A DNA stretch of 64,000 nt from Octopus vulgaris (Eukaryota). A program made the position numbers and the translations under genes. Positions 13,466-27,320 of the stretch are shown piece by piece (position 1 is the stretch's first letter; every line of letters begins with the position of its first letter). Location: positions 70,370,001 to 70,434,000 of the forward strand of contig OX597826.1 in assembly GCA_951406725.2 (NCBI GenBank), given 5' to 3'. The notes beneath the pieces were generated by a model. It searched no databases and was not told where the DNA came from. It saw only the letters and a program-made list of their open reading frames with translations.

Positions 13466-13789
13466 TTCGGAGAGAGATAGTAGATATGTACACATAATTA
13501 CGAATATGTGTATGTATGTATGTATACATACACAGACATGTATGTATCTTATACAACATATGGGTGTGTATAATATATGTACACATGTTTACAAGCATAA
13601 AATCTAAGCATGCTTAAGGTCCACATGAAATCCAATGCTTGGTGAAACTTTGTAAGGCCATATCCATGTATATAGATACATAGGTACAATTACACACTAA
13701 CACATATATATATATATGTCTGTGTATATATGAATGTATAAGTAAACTTGCTTATGAAAGTATATGCAAATATCTATGTATATTCGGCT

Positions 13790-14292
13790 GGCCCCCGTGC
13801 CGGTGACACGTAAAAGCACCGTCCGCTCGTGGCCGTTTGCCAGCTGTCTGGCAACCGTGTCGGTGGCACGTAAAAGCACCATCCGTTCGAATCCGTTGCC
13901 AGCCTCGGCTGGCCTCCGTGCCGGTGACACGTAAAAGCACCGTCCGTTCGTGGCCGGTTGCCAGCTCTGTCTGGCCCCGTGTCGGTGGCACGTAAAAGCA
14001 CCATCCGTTCGTGTCCGTTGCCAGCATCGCCTGGCCCCGAGCCAGTGACACGTAAAAGCACCATCCGTTCGTGGCCGTTCACCAGCTCTGTCTGGCACCT
14101 GTGCAGGTGGCACGTAAAAACACCCACTACACTCGCGGAGTGGTTGGCGTTAGGAAGGGCATCCAGCCATAGAAACACTGCCAGATCTGACTGGGCCTGA
14201 CGAAGCCTTCCAGCTTCACAGACCCCAGTTGACCCGTCCAACCCATGCTAGCATGGAAAACGGACGCTAAACGATGATGATGATGATGATGA
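13790..14292 (+). mobile_element. SINE with RTE-like 3' tail and internal ~60-bp tandem repeats; related copies about 7400-7775, 13261-13432 (-), 22405-22612, 25440-25880, 57540-57968
   Basis: about 6 units containing ggcacgtaaaagcacc, then ggttggcgttaggaagggcatccagc...ccaacccatgctagcatggaaa...(GAT)n tail. Confidence 0.8.
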
Positions 14293-14818
14293 TATACCCA
14301 TGTTTTACTCACTTTAAGTGCACAGGATTAAGGTTTATAATTCCCTTACTGAAAGTCTGCATATGTAGTTGTAATTGTTGTAGTCATTTAGACCTGAATT
14401 AGCCTTAATTCATCAGGCCTATGATCAAAAAAGCATTCCATTTGTGACCATCCTGTCATTTTGGCATATCTTAGAATATGTTGCCAAATGTGTCCTGCTT
14501 TGTATTTTAAGATGGTAGGATGTCTTTTGAGAGAGATGTAGCTGCTATTTCTTGAAAGCTTGACAACTGCATAGGAACTCCTTTGTTGTCTTGTTGCATA
14601 TATTGCAACACAGAAAGAATGGCGCTGATATCGACGATGCTGATGGTCACTTGACAACGGCCAAACCACTAACAACAGTAGCGAGAACAACAATAAGAAA
14701 GATAACGACTAATTAATAAGAGTTAATAAAAATAAACTAGTTGAGTAATAGTTGAGGGTTCTTTAAGATAACAATAATAATGGCCTGGTTTCTTTGTATT
14801 TCCATTTCATGAGAGTAG

Positions 14819-14956
14819 CAGAAAGGAAAAATTCCATGAACTTGGCCAAAGCCATGCCTATACAAGACCCTTCTCCTCTTTTCCACCGCAACCTTTCTGG
14901 ACGAGATACTTCATCTTATGGCAGTCCGATGACTGGGTCAGAAGAAGACCTTCCTG
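14819..14956 (+). CDS. FAT1-like: Fat-like cadherin penultimate core exon (cytoplasmic; not in ORF track)
   Basis: pyrimidine tract plus gagtag| acceptor, G|gtacgt donor; SERKNSMNLAKAMPIQDPSPLFHRNLSGRDTSSYGSPMTGSEEDLP; joins the last exon to give EEDLPGYHWDTSDW, comparable to the acidic segment before GYHWDTSDW in FAT1; exact acceptor ambiguous (tandem AGs). Confidence 0.82.
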
Positions 14957-15386
14957 GTACGTAGAAATGCTTCCAGTTTTTACGGATCTCATATGATATG
15001 ACATGAAAACTCTGTTTGTTTGTTCTTGTTCTTGTTGTTGTTGTTGTTTGTCCATCAATATGACTTTGTTAACAACAGCAATTAATTATTTGATAATTAA
15101 AACTTAAAAATGAAGCGAGGCAAGACCAAAAACGAGAGAGGGATAATTATTTCGTTTTCCAATCAGTGATTTTTGTCCAGAATGACAATAACCACCACAA
15201 CCACCACCACCACCAGTGGTGACATTGGAGGTCTAGTCTTCCATGTTTCACAATATCGTAACCATTAACATGAATTAACAGAGACTACATTTGCATGTTG
15301 CCTACATGTTACTCACAAGATACCCCACTATTCATTGAAAAGTCAAGTCAAAGTTATTAGTGAAAGAGTAGATATCTATCTATGTC

Positions 15387-15461
<75 letters not shown>

Positions 15462-15498
15462 TCATCATCACGGACGTTAAACGACGATATGATGATGA

Positions 15499-15605
<107 letters not shown>

Positions 15606-15740
15606 ATACAGGGTAAAGTATTATTAATTTAATAATTAATAATTTTACCAAGTAGTTGGGTAAGGAAAAAACCCATTATCAGTGGAAAAGAACCCATTAT
15701 CAATAAAAACTTATGCAAAAAGTTTTTTTATAATTAAAAA

Positions 15741-15923
15741 CATAATTAAGCGATCAGCAAAAGTTGCTTCACCACATAATGAAATTTAGAAATAGCAGTC
15801 AAACTACTACAAATTCTTCTAATACATTATATCTCCAGATATATTGTAGGTGAAGAATTAGTAGTTTGACTGCTATTTCTAAATTTCGCTATGAGGTGAA
15901 GCAACTTTTGCTGATTCCTTAAT

Positions 15924-15927
<4 letters not shown>
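15741..15927. repeat. Long inverted repeat / fold-back element (~80-bp arms)
   Basis: cataattaagcgatcagcaaaagttgcttcac...agtcaaactactac pairs with gtagtttgact...gtgaagcaacttttgctgattccttaattatg. Confidence 0.85.
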
Positions 15928-15983
<56 letters not shown>

Positions 15984-16257
15984 CTGAGTAGTAGAGGTGA
16001 AAATCTGGTAAGTTAAGTTTTCACTCCCAAGTCTAACAGCCATTTATAATTATTTCTCTTCGCTTAAATTGATCACACTCTAGAAAAATGTCCTTTAGAG
16101 CTTCATCTGCTCTCCTACAATTAACAAAAATTGTGTATTCTGGGTAAAGAAGCCAATATGAACTAACAACCACTCTTTCTCTTCTCTCTTTCATTTTCCC
16201 TTTACCTTTCTTCCTGATACACATATCTACATACATACATACATACATACATAGATA

Positions 16258-16313
<56 letters not shown>

Positions 16314-16519
16314 GGGAGAATTCAGGAAAAAACAAAAGACGAAGACAGGTGGTGTACAAAACAAAACAGATGTATTAGTATAACACTCAGGAATTGAAAA
16401 AGTCTTTTACGTTTCGAGCCTACGCTCTTCTACAGAAAGGAACACAAAAAAAAAACAAGGAGAGAAAAAAATGTGTGTAGTGGCTAACGATCTATACACA
16501 CACACACACACACAACATA

Positions 16520-16738
16520 CAAGGGGGCAGCTGAAAAGTTCCTGGCTTTGGGTAAAAGAAAATACAAGAGGATCAGTTAATTATGATTTTATTCAATATG
16601 TTCCCCTCTCAGGTTCACACTTATTACAGCAGTATTTCAGTTTTTCTTAGTCCTGTAAAAAGAACACAGAAGGTTGAGCCTCCAAGCAGCCCTTTCATGA
16701 TACCCTTAAAATCTAGGGACTTTTCGGTGACCCCTCAT
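16520..16738. mobile_element. mariner-type MITE
   Basis: imperfect TIRs caagggggcagctgaaaagttcct / agggacttttcggtgacccctca; non-coding interior. Confidence 0.6.
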
Positions 16739-17570
16739 GTGTGTGTGTGGTATGTGATAAAGAAATTCATTTCGTTATTCAAGGTTTGATGTGTCTGTGT
16801 GACTCTCTGGGTAAGTGTCATCACTTACAGCTTAGTGTCAACCTATGCCTGGCTACCACGCTAGAAGCAGTGTGACATGAAAATTGACAAAACCAGGAAC
16901 TTCCAAGGCCTCAGGTTTTATTTCAGAGATTTCTTTCTCCTTGGTAGATTACCAACCAAGGTTAAAGAGCTTCTACCTTCCCATGAGGTGAGCTATCCCA
17001 TTCCAGACACCAAACTGACCCAAACACTCTATAAAGTGATCAGATACCACTCCAGTATTCAATGCTGAGTAGCTCATTCATACATAAAAAAATACACTAA
17101 GGAGCTTGCTTACGAACCATATGGATCTGGGTTCAGTCCCACTGCATAGCACCTGCGGCAAGTGTCTTCTACTATAGCCTCGGGCCAACCAAAGCCTTGT
17201 GAGTGGATTTGGTAAGACGGAAACTGAAAGAAACCTGTTATGTATATATATATGTGTGTGTACTTCTGTCTGTGTTTGTCCCCCCACAACTGAAGTTGGT
17301 ATCTTTACACCCCCATAATGTAGCAGTTCAGTAATAAGAGACCGATAGAATAAGTACTAGGCTTACAAAGAATAAGTCCTGGGGTCAGTTTATTTTGACT
17401 AAAGGTGGTGCTCCAGCATAGCTGCAGTCAAATGACTGAAACAAGTAAAAGAATACACACACACACACACACACACACACATACTAGTTGGTTACTAACC
17501 AGTGGTGGTTGTGTCTTATCTGTCCTGTATTAACTAACACCTCTCTTTCTCTCTCCCTCTCTCTCTCTCT

Positions 17571-17640
<70 letters not shown>

Positions 17641-17808
17641 TATACTATACATAACATATAACCATAGCTTGCTGTTGTGAATTAACAAAGTAATCATCAT
17701 TAACATTAACAATATCAATTAATAATAACAACGATAATATTAATTAATCCATGCTAACGTTGCTATGTCTGTTTCATGTCCACTTACTCATCTGCCATTC
17801 ATTTACAG

Positions 17809-17850
17809 CAAAAGTCTCCGGAATCTTCCCTCTCTGTCTCTTACATATTG
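17809..17850 (+). CDS. Candidate alternative cassette exon (42 nt, AKVSGIFPLCLLHI)
   Basis: gctaac branch-like motif, AG-free pyrimidine-rich region with TGC motifs, ttacag| acceptor, TTG|gtaaga donor; 3n, open in phase 1. Confidence 0.55.
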
Positions 17851-18169
17851 GTAAGAGCAAGCGGAACAAAGATGTTATTTATTAAGTATAAGCTATGACA
17901 CTAACAACCCTAATCATTGTCGTTAATCTTTTTTGTATTTATTATTATCATCATTACAGTTGTTACCATTATTATTATTATTATTATTACCATTACTACT
18001 ACTACTACTTCTATTTATTATCATTATTATTATTATTATTATTATTATTGAGCGAGAGGGCAGTGCATGCCATCAAAGTCTGGTCTAGTAACCCATCCCA
18101 CTCAAAAGGTTCCTGAATAAGGGTTTTTTAAGGATTTTGTTTAAGGAATTATTATTATTATTATTATTA

Positions 18170-18200
<31 letters not shown>

Positions 18201-18509
18201 CATTATTATTATTATTATTATTATTATCATTATTATTATTCTTGAGTGAGAGAGCAGTGCATGCCATCAAAGTGACACTGGGGTAAAATACACGAAGCCC
18301 AATACACCCATTATCACTACCCGTCTGATAAGGGTACACCAGGCACATGCATCACAACCATATGTGTGCGACATGGTGATCTCATATCAAGATAAACAGT
18401 GCATGACCTTGCAGGTGGGGCCCGGTTAGAATTTTCTTCTGGTTGATTAACCCATCCTGCTCAAAAGGTCCCTGAATAAGGGTTGTTTAAGGAATTATTA
18501 TTATTGTTA

Positions 18510-18567
<58 letters not shown>

Positions 18568-19402
18568 CATTACTGCTATTACTACTACTACTGCTGCTGC
18601 TACTATTTATTATTATTATGATTATTACTATTATTATTATCATTATTATTATTATTATTGAGTGAGAGAGCAATTCATGCCATCAAAGTGACACTGGGGT
18701 AAAATATACGAAGCCCAGTATCCCCATCATGACTACCGGTCTGATAAGGATACACAAGGCAAATGCATCACAACGATATGTGCGCGACATGGTGACCTCA
18801 TATCAAGATAAACAGCACATGACCTTGCAGGTGGGACCCAGTTAGAATTTTTTCAGGTTGAGTAGCCCATCCCACTGAAGATGTCCCTGAATAAGGGTTG
18901 TTTAAGAATGTTAAACAAAACACCCATGCTTCCAAAAGTGAATTATCAAAATCCCAAAGAATTTCTCTCAGCACATGGCTACGATGATCCCCCACTACTT
19001 CTGCTCGTGATCAGAGATGCACATATTGTCAGCCACTAAGTGACATGCTCAACTGGTTAAGGTCAAACAACTGACAAGCAAATCTGTGGTATTGAGCGGA
19101 ATATTTGCTGTAACCCATCTTTTATACCAAGGCAAAACAATGTACATGATAACACTTCCAATCAGTTAAGATCAGGAGCCATGAGAGCCACAGCCCTACT
19201 TGCTCTTGTTGATTCTGTGAGTGCAGACAGCAACCATTTCTCAGAGATCCTTACAAGGTCTCTTTCTGCAAATTATAAACTTTGGCACTTGGATGTTAAC
19301 TTATCATGGAAGACACTCAACACCCAACTACCAATCTCAAAATCCTAGGTCTCCGTAATTGAGCAGTCTTTTGGGCCTGCTCTGCCATCATGTCAATTCC
19401 AA

Positions 19403-19451
<49 letters not shown>

Positions 19452-19481
19452 GTACTGATGTTGTTGTTGTTGTTATTATTA

Positions 19482-19522
<41 letters not shown>

Positions 19523-19811
19523 CAATAAGAAGAGTGAAATGCAATTTGTATTAAATACAAATTGCCTTTGTTTATTGAATTGCACAATATTTCAACAATA
19601 TTCCTGTTTTCCTTCGGTTCAAAACAGAAAAAAATGGTAGAAATGTAGAAATTGAACCCAAGGAAGACAGGCGTGGAGTTCAAGTCAATAAAACAGAGTC
19701 AATCTCTATTCATTACAAACTGTATAACTGTATTCTTATTGTGCATTTACTTTCGTGAAGAGTTCTGTCAATCTTCATAAATTATTACTATTATTATTAT
19801 TATTATTATTT

Positions 19812-20075
19812 TTTTTTTTTCTTCTTTCAAATTTGCTTCCATTTCTTGCCGAGTGTCTTCCCGACTCCTAGGGCAAAGAAACTCATAGTATACATTGGTA
19901 GGCCATTAAACTAAACTCAATAGTTCGTTCAATTTTTTTTTTTTTTAAGTTAAATTAAAATACATGGGTAGTAATAGTTCTCACATCGACAATGCTCTTC
20001 TCAATACATGTGATGTACCAGTTAAGACAATCTTTTGCACTTCTTGCAGGGATGGTAAGCCAGGAATTTTCGGTA
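19812..20075 (-). mobile_element. 5'-truncated R4/Dong-type non-LTR retrotransposon 3' end
   Basis: minus-strand peptide PKIPGLPSLQEVQKIVLTGTSHVLRRALSM*, like the C-terminus of RLE-clade (R4/Dong) ORFs; short 3' UTR, poly(A), and (TAA)n on both sides. Confidence 0.7.
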
Positions 20076-21467
20076 ATAATAATAATAATAATGATGATAA
20101 TGATAATAAAGTGAGCTGGAAGAATTGTTTGTACTTAAAGACAGGCGAAATGCTTAGTGGCATTTCATCTATCTTCGTGTTCTGAGTTCAAATTCCGCCA
20201 AGGTTGATCTTACTTTTCGTCCTTTCGAGGTCAATAACATAAGTACCAGATGAACATTGCTGGCCTTGCGCAAAAATTTGAAAACCCATTCTTATTATCA
20301 TTATTATTATTATCATAGATATTGCACTGTACACAGTATCATGAGGTTGTTGATTGAAGGTATTGTGTCTACGGGGCTGGGGTTTGTACTGTTTGTCAAG
20401 TCAAAACAAGGACCTCAGGCTGACAGTACTTGACGCTATATACCTGCAGTTCCAAGTAATGGCGATTTTTGAATTACACCTAAATTCTAGGGTATTTCTA
20501 AAGTTTTCAGATGTTTTTTTTTTTCAGATTGGGTGGCATTGAACCCAATGCTCTGATAACAATAGGGATAACCTTTATGTTTGACTCTCATAGCTGCCAC
20601 GTCTTAGCAATCTCAATTCTTGGGTCCCTATATTTATCAACCTTTTCTCTTTCTTTCATGATGAAATGTTGATTATTATTATTATTATTATTATTATTGA
20701 GTGAGAGAGTAGTGCATGCCATCAAAGTGACACTGGGGTACAGATATACGAAGCCCAGTGTATACGCATCATGACTACCCGTCTAATAAGGATACACTTG
20801 GCACATGCATTACAACCATATGTGCGCGACATGGTGATCTCATATCAAGATAAACAGCACATGACCTTGCAGGTGGGGCCCAGTTACAATTTTCTTCTGG
20901 TCGAGTAGCCCATCCTGCTCAAAAGGTCCCTGAATAAGGGTTGCTTAAAGATGTTGAACGAACCACCAATGTTTCCAAAGGTGAATTATCCAAACCCCAA
21001 GGAATTCCTCTCAACACATGGCTACGATGCTCCCCCACTACTTCTGCTTGTGATCAGAGATGCACATATCGTCAGCCACTAAGGGACATGCTCAACTGGT
21101 TAAGGTCAAACAACTGACAAGCAAATCTGTGGTATTGAGCAGAATATTTGCTGTAGCCCATCTTTTTTACCAAGACAAAACAAAATACATGATAACACTT
21201 CCAATCAGTTATTATTATTATGATATGGGCAGGGAACTGGCAGAATCATTACTGCATTGCACAAAAACGTGACTGCATATTTTCCAGTCCTTTACATTCT
21301 GAGTTCAAATACCACCGAGGTCAACTTTTTGCTTTTCATCCTTTCTGGGTCATTAGCATAAGTACAAGTTTTGCACTGGAGTCATGGTAATTAATTAAAC
21401 CCCACTCCCTAAAAGAAAATTGTTGGCTTTGTGCCAAAATTTGAAACAAACATTATTATTATTATTA

Positions 21468-21557
<90 letters not shown>

Positions 21558-21993
21558 GACAATAAGAAGAGTGTGATGTGACTGTAATAGTTTGTTATTG
21601 ATTTGAACGATATTTCAACAGCTTGTCTGTATTTTTCAAGTTTCAAAATGTTAAAAGAAGAAACACAGAAATTCAAAAATATTAGTGAGGAAATCTTGTG
21701 TTCCCACTTTGATGGAATGGCATCGTCAGTCTTCAGTTGCGCAATTTTTCTTTTCCCTTTTGCCAGTTGCAAAACTGAAGATTAATAATGTCATTCTCTC
21801 TAAGTGGGAACACAGGTTGCCCTCGTACATATTTTTGAATTTCTGTGTTTCTTCATTTTACATTTTGGACTTGGAAAAGATAGACGAGCAGTCAAAATAT
21901 CGTTCAGATCAATGAATAATCTATTACCAATCACATCGCAGTCTTCTTACTGTTTATTTACCTTCATGAAGAGTTATGTCAATCTTTATATAA

Positions 21994-22041
<48 letters not shown>

Positions 22042-22270
22042 CATCATTATTATTATTGCAGAATTGTTAGCATGCCAGGCAAAATGCATAGTGGTATTTT
22101 GTCTGTTTTTACCGTTCTGAGTTCACATTCCAATGAGGTCAACTTTGCCTTTCACTCTTTCAGAGTTGATAAATTAAGTCTCATTGAAACACCGGGGTCA
22201 GTGTAATCAACTAGTCCCCTTCTCCCAAAATTTAAGGCATTGTGCCTATAGTAGAAAGGATTATTATTAC

Positions 22271-22329
<59 letters not shown>

Positions 22330-22967
22330 GTGTATTTCAATTGAAAAATAACAAAATGGTCGAGACATGTAACACATAATTATTGGTTTAATATATGTAA
22401 GCCTCCTCTGGCCCCTGTGCCGGTGGCACGTAAAATGCACCCACTACACTCACGGAGTGGTTGGCATTAGGAAAGGCATCCAGCTGTAGAAACACTGCCA
22501 GATCAAACTGTAGCCTGATGCAACCTCCTGGCTTCCCAGACCCCGGTCGAACCGTCCAACCCATGCTAGCATGGAAAACGGACGTTAAACGTTGATGATG
22601 ATGATGATGATGAAGATTCAAGAGCTCATTTAAGACTTGAAAAATCTAAGAGTTAATTTATGTTTTGGTAATAGAAATGAAAAAATAAAAAACGAATTAA
22701 TGGCTGCCAATAGTTGAACGGTCCATTGAGAATTTCAGAGTGTGATGCAAGGCAAAACATCAAAGAAATGCAAGTGAAATTCCTGTAGATGTAATCTCAG
22801 AGATGGCGCTTCAAAAAGGTAGCCATATTTTTGTAAACAAACTAATAAAATAAAATAGAAAGGTTTATAAATTTGGAAATATATTCCCGCTATGGAGGTT
22901 TGACTTTAGTAACGTGCAGGGTGCATCGACTAAACTTAGTACCTGTAACAGAAGTAAGATAATAATG

Positions 22968-23010
<43 letters not shown>

Positions 23011-23054
23011 CAACAACAATACCTATTTGGTATTGAAATCAATGTTGTAAATTA

Positions 23055-23250
23055 TATGTACTTATACAATGTGTGTGTGTGTATATGTATGTGTGTGTGT
23101 ATATCTATATATATATATTTATATATATATTTATATACATATGTGTATATATATGTATATATATTCATATACGTATATATATATATGTATATATGTATAT
23201 ATATATTTATATACGTATATATATGTATATATGTATAAATATTTATATAC

Positions 23251-23293
<43 letters not shown>

Positions 23294-23682
23294 CATACAT
23301 ACATACATGTGTGTGTGTGTGTGTGTTGGAATTTTTTATTTCAAAACATGTTTGATTATAAAATATATTTTTTATGAATATTGACTAAATTAAAAAAAAA
23401 AAATTTAGGTAAATGAAGAAAAAAAACAATGTGTTTGTGATGTAAGTGCTCAGTATATACCCTTGTATTGTGTGTGTGTGTGTGCCAGATATTTTCTGTA
23501 TTTTGTCATAGGTAAGATACATAGAATTACATACCTCATGATTAAGGTTGCAGGTGAGAAGAATTACTCCTCAGTCTGCTAATGAGTACAGATGACAAAA
23601 TATTTGTTATTATCAAAGCCTTACATCAGATACGTAATCCTATTATTTATACATGACACACACATATATATATATGGATGTA

Positions 23683-23742
<60 letters not shown>

Positions 23743-23894
23743 TGTATATTATATACATAGATATATGTGTATACATACCTATATATATATATATATATAT
23801 CTGTGTGTGTGTGTGAGTATTTTGTACATACATTTTTGTATATACATACCTATATAAATTATATATATGTGTGTGTGTATAATATATACATACC

Positions 23895-23936
<42 letters not shown>

Positions 23937-24115
23937 CTTATATTTATATCCATATATATATGTGTATATATGCAAATTTATACATACATGTATATATATT
24001 CACATATAAGTATACATATATATATCTATATATGTTTCTATATATATATACATATGTACATACATACATGCATGTACACACATATACTTACAGACATATA
24101 TATATATATGTAATA
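23055..24115. repeat. (TA)n/(TG)n/(TACA)n microsatellite field; similar fields at 15370-15600, 42320-42433, 44160-44600
   Basis: direct inspection; source of the YIYIYI-type ORFs. Confidence 0.95.
23512..23553 (+). CDS. Candidate cassette / recursive-splicing exon (42 nt, GKIHRITYLMIKVA)
   Basis: ttttctgtattttgtcatag|GTAAGA start, CAG|gtgaga donor; 3n, open in phase 1. Confidence 0.5.
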
Positions 24116-25042
24116 TCTGATGGTTTAAATATAACTAAACGAAAGAAAATTCCAACCCTGTTTTATTTTAAAAGGCAAAAATGTTTCCCCACTGAAATAG
24201 CAGGGGTTGTGGATCTCTTAAAAGCTGATGTTGTCTCCTTAGTTCTGTGAGTATCATCTATGTGGATGTAGCATATATATATATATATAATACACAGATA
24301 TTAAAGTGCTTTGTTTCATATATATATATATATATATATAAAACAAGCAACTGCTGCCCTAGATCTTTGTCCTTCATCATGTGGTCCTTTCCTGGTCTTG
24401 TGTAATTGTCATACCAAATTCCACCCTTCTTAACACCTCAAACAACTCTTAACTACTACTACTGCTGCTAATATAAGTAGATCACCCATCTACCCATTCA
24501 ACCAATCTACCCACCTGCCAACCTACCTGACTCTTTTTACCTTGCCACAAATGTTTCGTCTGGGTCTCTTTTTCCTCCCCTAGGACTGCCTCCCTAGTAG
24601 CCACAATTAGTGTTTAGACTGTTCTCTAAACCTCCTAGTAGCGTGTGTGTGTGTGTGTCTCTTCTGGTAGTGACATGAGGGTGAGGATGGAGATGAAACT
24701 GGAGAAGAAGACGGTGGGAGGAGAAGAATTTGGTGGTCACATGTTCCAGCAACGCAACCACCTGCCACATTCCCCTTCATCCCCATCCTCTCCCTCATCA
24801 CGGTTATGTTAGCATCAGTCTTATAGTTTGTGCCTCACTGATTTGTGTTGTTTTGTATGTTAGATCATTTCTTTGGAGGCAAGGGTCTGTTTTATTTTCT
24901 ATCTTGGTGGCGGCAGAAGTTTGGAGGTGACGGTGGTGATGGTTATGTTGGTGATGGTTGTTCTTGCATCTTGATGGTTTTTGCATCTCCAAACTCTATC
25001 CTTTCTGCATCACCAAAACACTGCTCTCTATACATGACACAC

Positions 25043-25099
<57 letters not shown>

Positions 25100-26569
25100 A
25101 ATATACATACGTATATGTATATTTGTACATATATATACACACACACACAAACACACACACATTGGTGTGTCTTGGGTGGGTCATTACACCAATATTAATA
25201 CACACACTGGCACAATGACCCTCTTAAAACACGATTTGTTCCAACACACAAATTCACATGATGAATCTTTCAAGCCACTTACAGAAATGATATATGCAAA
25301 CATATATACACAGTTAAATATATATATATATATATATATATATAGCTATACATACACATCTATTCATTATATATATATATATATTTAATTAAATATATAA
25401 CTATACATACACATATATTTATTATGAAATCGAAATCAAATTCAATGACTGGCATCCATGCTAGTGGAGCACCAAGAGCACTATCCGAGCGTGATTGTTG
25501 CCAGAGCAGCTAACTGGCCTCCATGCCAGTGGCACGTAAAAAGCATTATTCGAGCATGATCGTTATCTGCGTCGCCTTACTGGCACGTGAAGAAACATTC
25601 AAGTGAGGTTGTTGCCAGTGCCACTGGACTGGCTCCTGTGCAGGTGGCACATAAAAAGCACCATTTGAGCATGGTCGTTGCCAGTACCACCTGACTGGCC
25701 CTCATGTTGGGGGCACGTAAAGGCACCCACTACACTCTTGGAGTGGTTGGTGTTAGGAAGAGCATCCAGCTGTAGAAACCCTGCCAGATCAAGATTGGAG
25801 CCTGGTGCACCTATCAGTCCTCAGTCAAATCGTCCAACCCATGCTAGCATGGAAAGTGGATGTTAAATGGTGATGATGATATATGTATACATATATAAAG
25901 ATATAACTATACATACATGTATGTATATGTATAGTTATATCTTTAAATAAATGTGTGTGTGTTTGTGTATATATATATATATATATTGCAACCAAAAAGA
26001 CAAAACAGACACAAGCACTTACACATCCAGAAAAATTATGCTTTTACTCTCTCACATACACTTGCACCCAAGAACATGGAAACAGACACTTCTACTCCAT
26101 ATAAAGAACATAACAACATAACATGTAAACAGACATGCACACATCTCTGCGTCTCTCCATGTCCACATGCTCCACATCACAGCTTCCCCCATGCATCAAA
26201 TTACACACTTGAGCTTTATCCCATACACGCAGATACACACAAGTCCGATTTGTATTTACACCACCTTCCCTATGTTACACGCTGGTTAGCCACATTTCAT
26301 GTTGTATCCACCATGTACACTTGACACAGTTTTTTTTTTTTTTTTTGGCAATGAACACCATATCCCTGTTGTACTGAAGTACTGCATGCACAAACAATGG
26401 CACACGTGCATGGACATATACACACACAACAAATACAAATATATGTATAAACCATTCTTCTTGGAGATGTAAAAATTCAACTTTGTGCAGAGATATACAT
26501 GGATATTTATATTTATCTATATACACACACACACACACATATATATATATACACGCGCGCACAGACACG

Positions 26570-26606
<37 letters not shown>

Positions 26607-26845
26607 TCGAACCCACGAGAGTAAATGAGAGAGACAGAGACAGGCAGAAACAAGAAAAATGTCTACGTCCCATGTATTTAAATACTATGCAAATATTCTT
26701 TTAAAAAAATTTTCATCTAATTTTCCCAAAATTTGATCGTTTCCATACTTAGAGTTGAAAAAGTCTCAATGACTGAAACCGGTACTAAAATGTTTTTTAT
26801 GATAAAATTATTTTAGCATTTTCTACCTTGACTTTTTTTTTCCTT

Positions 26846-26877
<32 letters not shown>

Positions 26878-26949
26878 TGATAGAAATGGTAAGACAACAA
26901 AAGAATGAAAGATTCCTCGATATTATGTAAATAGAGGGATTTATCTGTA

Positions 26950-27146
26950 AATATAATATGTGACAATTATTTGGTAGCCATGATAAAACTCTGAGTCCCG
27001 GATGTTGGGGCAGAAACCCACGCTGCTATCTCTTCAGTTTTCCAGCCATCGATGGCTGGATAACTGAATTTATGGCAGCATGGGTTTCCGCCCCGATATC
27101 CGAAACTCGGAGTTTTATCATGGCTCCTGAATGATTGTCACATATT
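26950..27146. repeat. Palindromic Penelope-like element; second copy about 43950-44152
   Basis: arms tgtgacaattatttggtagccatgataaaactctgag... / ...ctcggagttttatcatggct...ttgtcaca; both copies fold back on themselves. Confidence 0.8.
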
Positions 27147-27320
27147 ATATATATATATATATATGGGAACACACAACAATAATACCAGAATACACGAGTT
27201 TGTTCCCAGAGAGCACTCGTAAAGTGAAAACTCATAAACAGAAAATAATTTCGTGAATGCTCATAAACCCGAAGTCTCATAAAGTGGGCCTTCGTAAAAT
27301 GAGGTATTACTGGATATATA

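Noticed and set aside
13697-14241. Overlapping 99-155 aa ORFs
   Set aside because: They translate the internal tandem repeat of a SINE-like element; no protein-family signature.
14614-14715. GC-richer, protein-like island after cacag|
   Set aside because: A phase-1 join gives TAA; the open frame needs phase 2 and no convincing donor exists.
24564-24811. Purine-rich, exon-like island with two acceptors
   Set aside because: In phase 1 both acceptors hit stops within 2-4 codons; the longer open frames are phase-incompatible. A poison exon cannot be excluded without RNA data.
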